A stretch of DNA of 64,000 bases from an uncultured Gemmatimonadaceae bacterium (GCA_963781585.1 CAWAGQ010000002.1:96001-160000); one strand, 5' to 3'; shown: positions 1-10,615, counted from the first letter of the stretch. Notes: generated by a model from the sequence alone, not told the origin. A program made the numbers and translations.

Positions 1-119
1 TGCCCGATCGGACCTTTCTCGATGCCACGGCGGCGCGGATCATCACCGAGCTCCGTGATCCCGCGCGGCGCACCAGTCGCAAGACGCCGGTCACGCCCTC
101 GCGCGCGGTCGTCTGACCG

Positions 120-1034
120 TCACCCCGCCCGCGCCGGCTGGGCGCCCCTTCGCGCGCCCGCCTTCGGCGTGAGCGGGCGCAACCGCTGCGCCCCTTCCCA
201 CGCGAGCATCGCGCGCTTCCGCTCCAGTCCCCAGTGGTAGCCGCCTAACGCGCCGGTGTTCCGCAGCACGCGGTGGCACGGGATCACGAACGCCACCGGG
301 TTCCGGCCCACCGCCGTCCCCACCGCGCGCACCGCGCGCGGCGACCCGATCGACGCCGCCACGTCCTCGTACGTCGTCACCGTGCCGGCCGGGATGCGCA
401 ACAGGGCCTCCCATACCTTCACCTGGAAATTCGTGCCGCGCACCAGAAGGGCGAGTGGCACCAGTGCCGCCGGCTCACGAATCTCCAGGGGAGTGAAGAT
501 CCGCCGGGCCACGGGTGCGGTAGCCCGCGGTCGGTCCTCGATCGTCGCGTTGGGCCAGCGTTCCGCCAGCTCCGCCATGGCGGCCGACCGGTCATCCTCG
601 AAGAACGACAGCCCGCAGATGCCACGGTCGGTGACGGCCAGCAGACACTCGCCGAACGGCGTCTCGTGAACGCCGGCGCTGATGCGCAATCCGCTGCCGC
701 TCGTGCGATACTCTCCCGGTGTCACCGCCTCGAGCGTCACGAACAGATCGTGAAGCCGGCCGCCACTCGACAATCCGGCGTCGTAGGTGGCGTCCAGGAG
801 ATTGCGCGACTGTCGCAGCAGGCCCTTGGCGTAGCCGAGCGCGAGCAGCTGGGAGAACCGTTTGGGGCTGATGCCGGCCCATCGGGTGAACAGCCGCTGG
901 AAATGAAACGGGCTCAGGCCCACATGTCGCGCCACGTCATCGAGGCTCGGCTGTGCCGGAGCACGCGCATCGAGATAACGGATTGCGCGCTCGATGCGAT
1001 GGTAGTCGGTGGTGTTGGATTCGGAGACAGGCAT
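120..1034 (-). CDS. AraC-HTH / O6-methylguanine-DNA methyltransferase (Ada/Ogt-like bifunctional protein)
   Basis: N-terminal AraC-type HTH (LSPFHFQRLFTRWAGISP); C-terminal Ogt domain with GTNFQVKVW and active-site IPCHRV. Confidence 0.93.
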   Translation of the reverse strand: MPVSESNTTDYHRIERAIRYLDARAPAQPSLDDVARHVGLSPFHFQRLFTRWAGISPKRFSQLLALGYAKGLLRQSRNLLDATYDAGLSSGGRLHDLFVTLEAVTPGEYRTSGSGLRISAGVHETPFGECLLAVTDRGICGLSFFEDDRSAAMAELAERWPNATIEDRPRATAPVARRIFTPLEIREPAALVPLALLVRGTNFQVKVWEALLRIPAGTVTTYEDVAASIGSPRAVRAVGTAVGRNPVAFVIPCHRVLRNTGALGGYHWGLERKRAMLAWEGAQRLRPLTPKAGARRGAQPARAG

Positions 1035-1143
1035 GGTTCACTCGCGGTGTGCAGCGAGATCTAGCGTCACGTGGGGGCAGGGCCAACCCGGATCTTGCGA
1101 CGCCGACACTCCGGTGGACGCGGGCTCGCAAACGTCGCTTCAA

Positions 1144-1206
1144 TCAACTAATACTCTAGTTGACAAGCCAAAAGGCGTGCGGTAGGTTCTACTAAACTGC
1201 TAGTAG
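1144..1206 (+). promoter_or_regulatory. sigma70-type promoter of the blaI-blaR1 operon flanked by two palindromic operators
   Basis: TTGACA (1160-1165), 17 nt spacer, TAGGTT (1183-1188); inverted repeats TCAACTA-N6-TAGTTGA (1144-1163) and CTACTA-N6-TAGTAG (1189-1206). Confidence 0.75.
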
Positions 1207-1245
1207 CACGGGTTGCGTCCGCCGGTCGCGGTTTCAGTTTGACCA

Positions 1246-1298
1246 GCCTTTGGCCTTTGGCCTTTGGCCTTTGGCCTTTGGCCTTTGGCCTTTGGCCT
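1246..1298 (+). repeat. heptamer tandem array (GCCTTTG)x7
   Basis: Seven perfect copies at 1246-1294 plus a partial copy, ending 5 nt before the ATG at 1304. Confidence 0.95.
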
Positions 1299-1303
1299 CC
1301 ACC

Positions 1304-1687
1304 ATGCCCCCCATCTCCTTCACCGCTCGCGAGCTGGACGTGATGGCCGTGCTCTGGCAGCGCGGCCCTTCCACCGTGGCCGAAGTGCGTGAGGTACTCG
1401 CCGATCCCCTCGCCTACACGACCGTCCTGACCGTGCTGCGCACGCTGGAGGCCAAGGGGTACGTCGCGCACGAGGATGAAGGAAAAGCGCATCGCTACCG
1501 CCCGCTGGTGGCCCGGGATGCCGCGGGTACGAGCGCGCTGGGTCAGGTGCTCGACAAGATCTTCGACGGCTCCCGCGAGATGCTGCTCGCGAACCTCGTT
1601 CGCGAACGCGGCATCGATGAGGCGGAGATCAAACGTTTGCGCCGGGTCCTCGACGACCGCGCGACGAGACGGAGGGACAGGAGATGA
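1304..1687 (+). CDS. BlaI/MecI/CopY family transcriptional repressor
   Basis: RELDVMAVLW...TVAEV...LAYTTVLTVLRTLEAKGYV winged-helix pattern; stop overlaps the start of the M56 gene. Confidence 0.92.
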   Translation: MPPISFTARELDVMAVLWQRGPSTVAEVREVLADPLAYTTVLTVLRTLEAKGYVAHEDEGKAHRYRPLVARDAAGTSALGQVLDKIFDGSREMLLANLVRERGIDEAEIKRLRRVLDDRATRRRDRR

Positions 1688-3099
1688 TCGTTATCCTGGC
1701 ATACGGCACGCTGATCGCTCTCTGCGCGGCCGTCTGTGCGCTGGCGCTGGAGCCGTTGCTGCGTGCCCTGGGATGGGGTACGCGCTGGCTCTGGTGCGCC
1801 GCGCTCGGCGTGAGCGTACTCGGAATGGCAGCCGCGATGTTCGTCCCGCTCCGTTCCGGCAGTGACGCCCCGTCTCCCCTCGCGCCGCAAGGGACCGCTG
1901 TTGTCTCCCTGGGCCACGAGTCATCGAACGGCATGGCGCTGCCCGCCTGGGGGCGCCGCCTCGATAGCGGTATTGCGGTTACCTGGGCGGCGGTGAGCGC
2001 GGTGATGTTCGGCGTCCTGTTTGCCGGGAAGCGACGCATCGACCGGGAACGACGGCGCGCGCGGCCGCTCGCCGGCAGCGGCGCGGCGGTGCTCGTGACG
2101 GAAGACCTCGGACCGGCGGTCGCCGGATTTGTCCGGCCTGCGGTCCTGGTTCCGCGCTGGGTGTTCACGCTTGAGCCCGTTCCACGCCGGCTGTTGCTGA
2201 CGCACGAAATCGAGCACCTGCGAGCCGGTGACGGGCGGCTGCTGTGGGCGGGCGCGGTCGCGGCGGCAATCCTGCCGTGGAATGCCGCCGTCTGGCTGCT
2301 GGCGCGTCGCCTTCGGCTGGCGGTGGAGGTCGATTGCGACGTGCGGGTGCTGGCCCGGATGCCCGACGTGCGGGCCTACGGGGATCTCCTCCTCATCACC
2401 GCCGCTCGGCGCGCGTCGGTTCGCGCCTCGGCGCTGGCCACCGTGCCCGGTGCTTCCACTGATCTTTCCCGGAGGATACACGCCATGATCGACCGTCGTC
2501 CGCTCTCGAAGCGTTGGCCCATCGTCCGCATCGCCGTCGCGTTAGGTGCCGTGGTCATCGCCTGCGAGTCGCCGAGGCCGGAGCCGGTCGCACCCGTCGA
2601 CTTTGCCACCGGGTTGGCCAGGGCCGGCACCAGCGACACGCTCCCCAGGGGCTATCGCGAGGTCCCAGTCCTGAAGGCATCCGACTCGGCGTTCGTGGAC
2701 TACCTTCGGCGGCTGCATCCGGAACTGCTCTCCACGACCTCCACCAGTCCCGTGGTGCGCGTCTTCACCTACGCCGGTCAACTGGTCAAGGTCGGTCGGG
2801 CGGACCCGCACGCGAACTTCATGAAGACGCTTTCCCCGAACGACATCCTGAGCATCGAGGTGATCAAGGGGCGACGGCTGCCGGCGGGGCTCAGCGGCGG
2901 CCTGATCACCATCACGCTCAAGGATCCGGTTGGAGCGCTGCCGGCCAAGCCGGCGGCGGAACACGTGTGGGACAACGGGCAGGTTCGCCGTCGCATCGGC
3001 GACGTGCCGGAACGGCGCGGCACCCCAACGGTCGTGCTTCGTGAGATTGGCAGGGTGCCGAGGATCCTGCAGAAGGGAGACACCAGCTCCCCCCGCTAA
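1684..3099 (+). CDS. BlaR1/MecR1-like M56 metallopeptidase signal transducer
   Basis: TM segments, GPAVAGFVRPAVLVP, HEIEH zinc motif, EVDCD, LSRRIHAM. Confidence 0.88.
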   Translation: MIVILAYGTLIALCAAVCALALEPLLRALGWGTRWLWCAALGVSVLGMAAAMFVPLRSGSDAPSPLAPQGTAVVSLGHESSNGMALPAWGRRLDSGIAVTWAAVSAVMFGVLFAGKRRIDRERRRARPLAGSGAAVLVTEDLGPAVAGFVRPAVLVPRWVFTLEPVPRRLLLTHEIEHLRAGDGRLLWAGAVAAAILPWNAAVWLLARRLRLAVEVDCDVRVLARMPDVRAYGDLLLITAARRASVRASALATVPGASTDLSRRIHAMIDRRPLSKRWPIVRIAVALGAVVIACESPRPEPVAPVDFATGLARAGTSDTLPRGYREVPVLKASDSAFVDYLRRLHPELLSTTSTSPVVRVFTYAGQLVKVGRADPHANFMKTLSPNDILSIEVIKGRRLPAGLSGGLITITLKDPVGALPAKPAAEHVWDNGQVRRRIGDVPERRGTPTVVLREIGRVPRILQKGDTSSPR

Positions 3100-3110
3100 C
3101 CGCGCGCCAG

Positions 3111-3419
3111 CTAGGTTCTGCCCCAGAACACCGCATCATCGACCCGCGCGCGCAGGGTGAGCGCGTCGCCGTCCGCCGCAATCTCCACATCCGAGGCGCG
3201 CAGCGACGCGCCGTCATCCCCCGCCAACTCGAACGTCAGGGTGTCGCGCGCCTTCACATAGCGCTCGGGATTGGTGAGCCGCAGCGTGAAGATCGGCTCG
3301 ACGAGCGCGTAGCCGGTTCCGGGATGAAACACGCCTTCCACGAACCGCGTGGACGGGTCACGGTCCTCGAGCTCCGACCTGCCGAGCAGGATGCCGTGGA
3401 GCTTCAGGGCGAACGCCAT
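3111..3419 (-). CDS. hypothetical protein
   Basis: Compact ORF with normal codon usage directly downstream of nadE. Confidence 0.55.
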   Translation of the reverse strand: MAFALKLHGILLGRSELEDRDPSTRFVEGVFHPGTGYALVEPIFTLRLTNPERYVKARDTLTFELAGDDGASLRASDVEIAADGDALTLRARVDDAVFWGRT

Positions 3420-3485
3420 GCGCGACTCACCGGGGAGACGCGCGGCCGCACGATCGCGCACGTGCTTTGTCCACGAGTATCGGTT

Positions 3486-5375
3486 TCAATAGTCCACGGG
3501 CCGCAGATAGGACTCGCCGATCGCCGTGTGACTCAGGAGCGCGACGGTCGGCAGCTTGCGCTTCCAGTGCGTTCCCTCGAGCCGGTTGCGGACCAGCTCC
3601 ACCTCGAACTGGTCGAACCCGCGGGACCCGAGATCGGCGACCGAGTATCCCCACAGCAGCCAGTTCAGAATCGAGTCCGCCTTCGCGTAACTGATGCCGA
3701 GGTCCGTCTCGTCGGTCTGTCCATCGACCAGGTCGGCTGTCGCCGGTTTGGTAATGATCTCCTCGGGCACGCCGAGGTGGCGCGCCAGGGCCCAGACCTG
3801 CGTCTTGAAGAGATCACCTAGCGGATTGATGGGTGGCGAATCGTCGGCGTGCCAGGTGAAGTACCCGAACAGGCGCTCGGTCTTGTTCCCGGTGCCTAAC
3901 GGGACGCCCCGCTCCGCCGCCGACAGATCGAACAGGGCGATCATCCGCATCCGGGAGATCACGTTTCCGCGCCGCGTGCCGTCGGCCGTCGGCTCCTGCG
4001 CCAGGTAGCCGTCCACCGCCGCCGTCAGGTCGATGGTGCGGGTGCGGATGCCGAGCGCGTCGATCACCATCTGCGCATGCGCGAGACTGTCGGGCCGCGA
4101 AGTGCGGTACGGCAACCGAACCCCGAGCACGTTGTCGGCCCCGATCGCGCGCGCGGCCAGAAACGTTGTCACGGCCGAGTCCACGCCTCCCGACAGGCCG
4201 ACGACGGCGCGCTCGAAGCCACGTCGCTGCATCTCGTCGCGAATGAAGCGGACGAGCCACTCTTCGACCATGGGTGCGTCGATGTCGAGCGATGGCGGCT
4301 GGCCATGCTCGACGCAGGGCACGTGCAACGCGGGAATGATCCGGCTGGCGTTCGATTGGTTGTGCTCGACCGCGGCCGGCGCACCAGATTCCCTGTCGGG
4401 GGGGGCCCCCCAGGCTCCTGATTCCGGCGACGGCCGCTCCTCCGCCGGATCGAACGCCGCCATCGCCCCCTCCCCCCGTTCCACCGCCTCCATGGCCCGA
4501 TGCAGGTGCGGCAGCGCCGTGCGCAGATCCGACAGCAGGGGCATATCCGCCCGCGCCCGGGCGATGTCGCCAAGGTCGATCGCGAGCGTCACGATTGCCT
4601 CGTCGAACGCCGGCGCCCGCACCCGCAGATCGCCACGAGGACCGGCCACGCATGATCCGCCGGCAAAGACCTTCCCGCCTTCGCTTCCCGCCAGGTTGGC
4701 CAGCGACACAAAGACCCCGTGTTCATCGGCCATGTCCCGCACCAGACGCTCCCAACGCGCCACGCTCCCCGGGCCCGGCACCCCGTCCAGCGACTGCAGC
4801 CCGCGTGCCGGCGCGGCCGACGCGAGAAAGATGATCTGTGCGTCATCCAGCGCCGCGATCGCGCTCGAGAGGCTGTGCCAGGCGTCCTCGCAGATCAGCA
4901 TCGCCGCGCGTCCCCATGGCGTGTCGAATGCACGAATATCGTGCCCCCGCTCGACAAACCGTTCCTCGTCGAACAGGCCGTACGTCGGGAGGAAATTCTT
5001 GCGATGCACGTGCAGCACCCGAGGCGCCCCCTCGCCAAGCCGGACGTACGCCGAACTGTTGTACAGCGTGTCGCGCCACCGCTCGTAAAAGCCTACCACC
5101 ACGTCAAGAGGGCGCCTGGCCCGCTCATCGCCGATGCTCTCCTCGTAGGCCGCATCCAGGTCGCGGGCCACCGTCCCCGCCGTCACCGCCACGTCTCGCA
5201 CCCCCCCCTCGACGAAGTAGCCGCTCAGCACGGTCTCCGGGAAATGCACTACGTGCGGATGCGGCGACAGCATGCGCAGTTGCGCAAATACGTCGCTCAG
5301 GCGCGCGAGGTTCGCCTCGTAGTCGCCTTTGAACGGGTGCAGCTGCGCGATGGCCAGGGTGAGCAGCCGGGACAT
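3486..5375 (-). CDS. nadE: glutamine-dependent NAD+ synthetase
   Basis: Nitrilase domain (FPE, HRKNFLP, ICED) plus synthetase domain (GLSGGVDS, GTGNKTE, PLGDLFKTQV, GQTDE). Confidence 0.93.
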   Translation of the reverse strand: MSRLLTLAIAQLHPFKGDYEANLARLSDVFAQLRMLSPHPHVVHFPETVLSGYFVEGGVRDVAVTAGTVARDLDAAYEESIGDERARRPLDVVVGFYERWRDTLYNSSAYVRLGEGAPRVLHVHRKNFLPTYGLFDEERFVERGHDIRAFDTPWGRAAMLICEDAWHSLSSAIAALDDAQIIFLASAAPARGLQSLDGVPGPGSVARWERLVRDMADEHGVFVSLANLAGSEGGKVFAGGSCVAGPRGDLRVRAPAFDEAIVTLAIDLGDIARARADMPLLSDLRTALPHLHRAMEAVERGEGAMAAFDPAEERPSPESGAWGAPPDRESGAPAAVEHNQSNASRIIPALHVPCVEHGQPPSLDIDAPMVEEWLVRFIRDEMQRRGFERAVVGLSGGVDSAVTTFLAARAIGADNVLGVRLPYRTSRPDSLAHAQMVIDALGIRTRTIDLTAAVDGYLAQEPTADGTRRGNVISRMRMIALFDLSAAERGVPLGTGNKTERLFGYFTWHADDSPPINPLGDLFKTQVWALARHLGVPEEIITKPATADLVDGQTDETDLGISYAKADSILNWLLWGYSVADLGSRGFDQFEVELVRNRLEGTHWKRKLPTVALLSHTAIGESYLRPVDY

Positions 5376-5655
5376 GGCAGAGAAGTTGGGGGCTGGTGAA
5401 ATCGCGAGCAACAGCGGCCTCTCGCTCCTCGTCGCGAAGTACGGCGACGCGGCTGCCCAGGCAACACGATTTTGTGTCGCAGGTCACCCCGCCAGCCCTT
5501 GGAACGCCACGCATCAGCCGGGTACGTACGGAGCGCGCTGTCCCCGCTGGCCGCGCTGTCTCCACGACGATCCGGCCGCGCCCCACCAGTGCCGCTCTGG
5601 CCTTTGCCTCTGGCCTTGGCCTTTGGTCACCGGCCTTTGCACCCATATTTGTCTC

Positions 5656-7707
5656 GTGTTACTGCCTCGAATTCTGCCCGCGGCGCTCAGGCGCCGGGCG
5701 CGCGCCATCCGCCCGGCGCTGCTCCTCGTCACCGCGCTGTCGCAGGCCACCGCGCAGCAATCCCGACCCTCCTCAGGAGAGCCGTGGCAGATCATCCAAC
5801 CGCTCCAGTCCACCTTCGTCTTCGCGCGTGACGGCTCGCTCATCGGCGAGATCGGTCGTGAGTGGCGGTCGAGCATCTCCATCCGCACCCTGCCGAAATA
5901 CGTGCCCGAGGCGTTCATAGCGGTCGAGGATCAGCGGTTCTATCAGCACGACGGTGTCGACATCGTGGGACTCGCGGGCGCCATCAAGGACGCGGTCCGT
6001 GGGAGTCCGCGCGGCGCCAGTACGATCACGCAGCAGCTCGTAGGGAACATGCATCCCGACATCATCGATCGCCGGGACATCAGTATCGGGCGCAAGCTGC
6101 GCGAGCAGGCCGCCGCGCGAGAGATGGAGAAGCACTACACGAAGGAGCAGATCCTCGAGGCGTATCTCAACCAGCTCGACTTCGGCCACCGCTGGTTCGG
6201 CATCGAAACCGCCGCACGCCACTATTTCGGAAAAGGCGCGGCGCAGCTTTCGGTCGCGGAGGCCGCGACGCTGGCCGCCATCATCAATGGCCCGAGCTAC
6301 TACGATCCGATGACACACCCCGATCGGGCGCGCGGCCGGCGCAATCTCGTCCTGTCGCTCATGGCGGACCAGAAGTACCTGACCGCTGAACAAGCAGCCG
6401 CCGCGCGGCGCGAACCCCTGGAGATCGCGAAGGACGGAGGCTACGCCGCCCCTTCGCCGTACTTCGTGGACGTAGTGCGTATTCAGGCCGAGCGCGCCGG
6501 TGTGCCGGTCACCGCCGGAGGCTATCGTGTCTACACCACGCTCGATCCCACGCTGCAGCGCGCTGCCGTCACTGCCCTGGTCGACGGAACGCTCGAGATC
6601 GAACGCCAGCCAGGCTATCGGCATCCCACCTTTCAGAAACGGACACCGGGAAAGAGCGACTATCTGCAGGGCGCCGTGGTCGCCCTCGATCCGTTCACCG
6701 GTGATGTGCGGGCCCTGGTCGGCGGCCGCGACTACGGGGCCTCGTCATTCGACCGGGCGATTGATGCGATGCGCCAGCCCGGTTCGGCGTTCAAGCCGAT
6801 CGTCTACGCCACCGCCATCGCCGACAGCCTCCCCCCGAACCTCGTCGTACCTGACACCGCCATCGCCATTCCGCTACCGAACCATACGGTCTACAAGCCG
6901 GAGAACTCGGACGGCGCGTACCTCGGCAACCTGACCATGCGCGAAGCGCTCGCGCGCTCGCGCAACGTGGTCGCCGTGCAGATCGGCCAGCGGGTAGGCA
7001 TGGAATCGGTCATCGCGACGGCGCGAAGCATGGGAATCACCGCTCCCATCGAGCCCTATCCCTCCAGCGCGATCGGCGCCGCCGCCGTGCAGCCGCTCGA
7101 TCTCGTGGCTGCCTACGCGACGATCGCGAACCTCGGCGCGCGCGTCGAGGCACGGTTCGTCACGTACATCGAGGATGCCGCGGGACATACCGTCTGGCAG
7201 AACCCCATTGTCCAGCCGCAAGAGGTGCTCGACCCACAGGTCGCCTTCATCGTCCGTGACATGATGCGGGACGTGGTGGAGCGCGGCACCGCCACCGTGG
7301 TCCGGCGCTTCCTTCCGGAGTCGGTGCCCGTGGCCGGGAAGACCGGCACGACCAACGACAACGCCGACGTCTGGTTCGTCGGCATGACGCCCGACCTCGT
7401 GGCCGGCGTGTGGCTCGGCTTCGATCGACCTGCTCCCATTGCGCCCGGCGCCGCGGGCGGCACGCTGGCGGCCCCGATCTGGGGCAGGATGCTGGCGCTG
7501 GCGGGTGAGACCGGCGCCGGAGCGCCGTGGTCGCCGCCGGCGCAGCTGGTGTCGGCCGACCTCGATCGCGACACTGGTCAGCCGGTGACCGTCCTTACTC
7601 CGCCAGACCGCCGCTACACGGAGTACTTCCTCTCCGGAACCGAGCCGCTCTTCCTGCACCTCGACTCCTGGTCGCTCTTTCGTGGTCGTGCGCTCCAGCC
7701 TCGTTAG
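5656..7707 (+). CDS. class A penicillin-binding protein (PBP1A family)
   Basis: Transglycosylase EDQRF, GASTITQQ, RKLRE; transpeptidase SAFK, SRN, KTG. Start GTG 5656 inferred. Confidence 0.92.
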   Translation: MLLPRILPAALRRRARAIRPALLLVTALSQATAQQSRPSSGEPWQIIQPLQSTFVFARDGSLIGEIGREWRSSISIRTLPKYVPEAFIAVEDQRFYQHDGVDIVGLAGAIKDAVRGSPRGASTITQQLVGNMHPDIIDRRDISIGRKLREQAAAREMEKHYTKEQILEAYLNQLDFGHRWFGIETAARHYFGKGAAQLSVAEAATLAAIINGPSYYDPMTHPDRARGRRNLVLSLMADQKYLTAEQAAAARREPLEIAKDGGYAAPSPYFVDVVRIQAERAGVPVTAGGYRVYTTLDPTLQRAAVTALVDGTLEIERQPGYRHPTFQKRTPGKSDYLQGAVVALDPFTGDVRALVGGRDYGASSFDRAIDAMRQPGSAFKPIVYATAIADSLPPNLVVPDTAIAIPLPNHTVYKPENSDGAYLGNLTMREALARSRNVVAVQIGQRVGMESVIATARSMGITAPIEPYPSSAIGAAAVQPLDLVAAYATIANLGARVEARFVTYIEDAAGHTVWQNPIVQPQEVLDPQVAFIVRDMMRDVVERGTATVVRRFLPESVPVAGKTGTTNDNADVWFVGMTPDLVAGVWLGFDRPAPIAPGAAGGTLAAPIWGRMLALAGETGAGAPWSPPAQLVSADLDRDTGQPVTVLTPPDRRYTEYFLSGTEPLFLHLDSWSLFRGRALQPR

Positions 7708-9205
7708 GCTCGGAACTCCACTCTGCTGGTACGTGATGGCGGGGCTCACGGGAGCCTGCCGGGACAATCCCGCCGGCCCCCCGCCTGACGCCACCCTTAC
7801 ACTGGCCACGTCCGGCGTTCCGGGTGTGGTGGGAACGGCGGTCGTGCCCGTGCCCACCTTTGTCCTCCGCGATGCCGGCGGCCGCGCGCTGACCGGCTTT
7901 CCGGTATCGATCGCCGTGGATGCGGGCGGCGGCACCCTTCGCAATGCCCCGCGCGGCACCACCGCCGGCCCCACGCCGGTGGGTGAATGGATCCTCGGCC
8001 CGAGCGCCGGGCAGAACGCGCTCGTCGTCCGGATCGGCGCGCTCCCGCCCCTCCGCATCGAAGTCACCGCCGTGCCTGATGCGCCGGTCGACATCACGCC
8101 GGAATTCGGAACGGAGCAGGCGGGCTTCGCGGGCGACGACCTGCCGCAGCCCCTGGCCGCAAAGGTCTTCGATCGGTTCGGCAATGGCGTGCCGGGTGTC
8201 GTCGCCACGTTCGCGGTGGAGGCCGGCGGCGGCAGCCTGTCGGAATCCAGCCTGACCACCGATGGAAACGGCATCGCAGGAGGTCTGACCTGGCACCTCG
8301 GACGCAACGGGGGAAATCAGGTTGTCACCGCGACGGCCAATGGGTTGACGACGACCTTCACCGCCACCATTCGATCCAGCTTCGATCCGGTCGTTCGCTT
8401 CGTCGGCGGCGCGCCGTCACCGACCGTCGCCGCGGCGTTCGAGTACGCCGCGCAGCGCGTGCACGCGGCGATCACCGGCGACATCCCTGACGTCGCGGTC
8501 CAGGGTTTCGATCTCGCTCGCTGCGGGATCTCGGCTCCATCGCTGACCGAGGTGGTGGACGACATGGTCATCTATGCCGTGGTGGCCCCGATCGATGGCA
8601 CCGGAGGGACTGTCGGCTCCGCCTTCCCGTGCGTGCAGCGGACGCTTTCGGGCCATACCGTCATCGGTATCATGCGATTCGACGAGGCCGACCTTGATGC
8701 ACTCGCGCTGACCCAGCGACTCAACGCCGTCGTTCTCCACGAGATGTTCCATCTGGTCGGCGTCGGCATCCTCTGGAATACCGTGGGGCTCCTCGCCGGG
8801 AGCGGCACCGGCGATCCGCGATTCCTCGGTAACATCGCCACCGAGCGCTGCGTGCTGCTCGGCGGCGAGACGCCGTGTGGCATCGGGAGCGTTCCGGCGG
8901 AGAACATCGGCGGTCCGGGAACCGTCGACTTGCACTGGCGAGAGTCGGTCTTCGACTCCGAGCTGATGACCAGCTTCCTCGAGGTGACGCCCAGCATGCC
9001 GCTGTCGGAGATGACCCTCGCATCGCTGGCCGATCTTGGCCTGACTCCCAATTACCGGGCGGCAGACCCCTACGTGGTTCCCGCTTCATCTCCCGGCATC
9101 GCCCCACGTCTGAACGCAATTCCGAGCGCTCGCTGGGAGACGATCCTGCCGCCGCGTTTCGAGGTCACTCCGGAAGGCTGGGTCCGTCCGATCCGGGTGA
9201 AGTGA
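7682..9205 (+). CDS. lipoprotein with Ig-like domains and a leishmanolysin-like (M8) zinc peptidase domain
   Basis: Lipobox-like LTGAC, Big-like repeats, HEMFH, HWRESVFDSELMT, LASLADLG. Confidence 0.8.
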   Translation: MVVRSSLVRLGTPLCWYVMAGLTGACRDNPAGPPPDATLTLATSGVPGVVGTAVVPVPTFVLRDAGGRALTGFPVSIAVDAGGGTLRNAPRGTTAGPTPVGEWILGPSAGQNALVVRIGALPPLRIEVTAVPDAPVDITPEFGTEQAGFAGDDLPQPLAAKVFDRFGNGVPGVVATFAVEAGGGSLSESSLTTDGNGIAGGLTWHLGRNGGNQVVTATANGLTTTFTATIRSSFDPVVRFVGGAPSPTVAAAFEYAAQRVHAAITGDIPDVAVQGFDLARCGISAPSLTEVVDDMVIYAVVAPIDGTGGTVGSAFPCVQRTLSGHTVIGIMRFDEADLDALALTQRLNAVVLHEMFHLVGVGILWNTVGLLAGSGTGDPRFLGNIATERCVLLGGETPCGIGSVPAENIGGPGTVDLHWRESVFDSELMTSFLEVTPSMPLSEMTLASLADLGLTPNYRAADPYVVPASSPGIAPRLNAIPSARWETILPPRFEVTPEGWVRPIRVK

Positions 9206-9208
9206 CCC

Positions 9209-10459
9209 CTACTCGTGTCGGATCGCGTCGATTGGACTGAGTCGCGCGGCACGCCGGGCCGGATAGGTGCCGAATACGAGCCCGATGGTGATGGCGGAAA
9301 CCGCTGCCACCAACGCGGTGTTGGGAGACAGGGTCACCGCGAGTCCCTCCGGCGCCGAGAAGCTCTTGATGATCAGGATGGTGATCTCCGACAGCGCGAC
9401 ACCAAGCAGCACGCCGGTCGCGCTGCCGATGCCGGAAACGACGACCGTTTCCGTGAGAAACTGCAGGTGGATGTCGCTTGCCCGCGCGCCGACCGCCTTT
9501 CGAACCCCGATCTCCCGGGTCCGCTCGGTGACTGATGCCAGCATGATGTTCATGATCCCGATGCCACCCACCAGCAGGGAGATGCCCGCGAGCGCGCCCA
9601 GGAAGAGTTTGAAGACGAGGATGCCCTTCGCAACCTCTTCCAGCCTCGACTCCTGAGCGACGACATCGACGCGATGCTCCCATCGACCGAAGCGTCGGCC
9701 GAGCCAATCCTCGATGCCGTCGCGCATGGGACCCACATCTTCGACGCTGGGTGCCCGCAACAGGATGTTTGGCGTGGAGCGGGTCACATCGCTGCCAAAC
9801 ACGTACGCCGCAGCGCCGAACGGGACGTGGGCCTCGTATGTGCGTTCGCCCTTGTACGGCGCCAGCACGCCGATAACCTCTCGTGGCATGCCGTGCACCC
9901 GCACGAAGTCCCCGATCAGGTCGACCGGGCGACGCGCGCCGGCGATCTCGCTGGCCAGCTTGTACGACAGCACGATGACCGGTGCGTTGCGCGCGGCCTC
10001 GGCCGCCGTGAAGAAGCGGCCATCGGCGAACTCGAGGTGGAGAAAACGGTCGCTCCCGGGAGTCGACGCGGTGATCGACGCCCGGCGTTCCAGACCCGAT
10101 CGCCCCCACATCACGTCGCTCTGCCCCTGGAGCGTCATGGACACCGCCCCCACCGCAGGAATTTCGTCGGCCAGCTCGCGCGCGTCGCGTGGCGTAAAGA
10201 TCGGGTAGTTACGCACGGGAGTGAACTGGCCGTTTACATACTCATAGGTGCGCGCCCGCACGATCACCGTCTGAACATCGGTGGTACGCTCCAGCTCATT
10301 GCGGGCGAACTTCTCCATGGCGTCGCCGAGCGAGAGCACCGCCACCAGGGCGCCCACGCCAATGATGACGCCCAGCGTGGAGAGCACCGTCCGCAACGGA
10401 TTGACCCGGAGGGTGTCGAATCCAACGGCAAAGGCAGTCGCGATGGGAGCGATGCGCAC
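9209..10459 (-). CDS. MacB/FtsX-family ABC transporter permease
   Basis: LRTVLSTLGVIIGV, GGIGIMNIMLASVTERTREIGVRKAVGA, PARRAARLSPIDAIRHE. Confidence 0.92.
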   Translation of the reverse strand: MRIAPIATAFAVGFDTLRVNPLRTVLSTLGVIIGVGALVAVLSLGDAMEKFARNELERTTDVQTVIVRARTYEYVNGQFTPVRNYPIFTPRDARELADEIPAVGAVSMTLQGQSDVMWGRSGLERRASITASTPGSDRFLHLEFADGRFFTAAEAARNAPVIVLSYKLASEIAGARRPVDLIGDFVRVHGMPREVIGVLAPYKGERTYEAHVPFGAAAYVFGSDVTRSTPNILLRAPSVEDVGPMRDGIEDWLGRRFGRWEHRVDVVAQESRLEEVAKGILVFKLFLGALAGISLLVGGIGIMNIMLASVTERTREIGVRKAVGARASDIHLQFLTETVVVSGIGSATGVLLGVALSEITILIIKSFSAPEGLAVTLSPNTALVAAVSAITIGLVFGTYPARRAARLSPIDAIRHE

Positions 10460-10562
10460 GGCGAGGGGCTCGGGGAATGGGTGAGGCGTACCTTCGGGTA
10501 CGATGCGCACCTGAACGACGTTTCACGAGGGCGCGCCGACGATTTGATCCTCGATGCACCTT

Positions 10563-10588
10563 CGACCCCGGGGAGAATTCCGGGGTCG
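10563..10588 (-). terminator. GC-rich hairpin downstream of lon
   Basis: CGACCCCGG / CCGGGGTCG 9-bp inverted repeat; no U-tract. Confidence 0.35.
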
Positions 10589-10615
10589 CTCACGTCGGAC
10601 CTCGCGGGTCCCGGC

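Noticed and set aside
5329..5655. N-terminal extension of PBP1A
   Set aside because: It overlaps the nadE start, the divergent promoter region and a degenerate heptamer array. GTG 5656 gives a sensible N-terminus.
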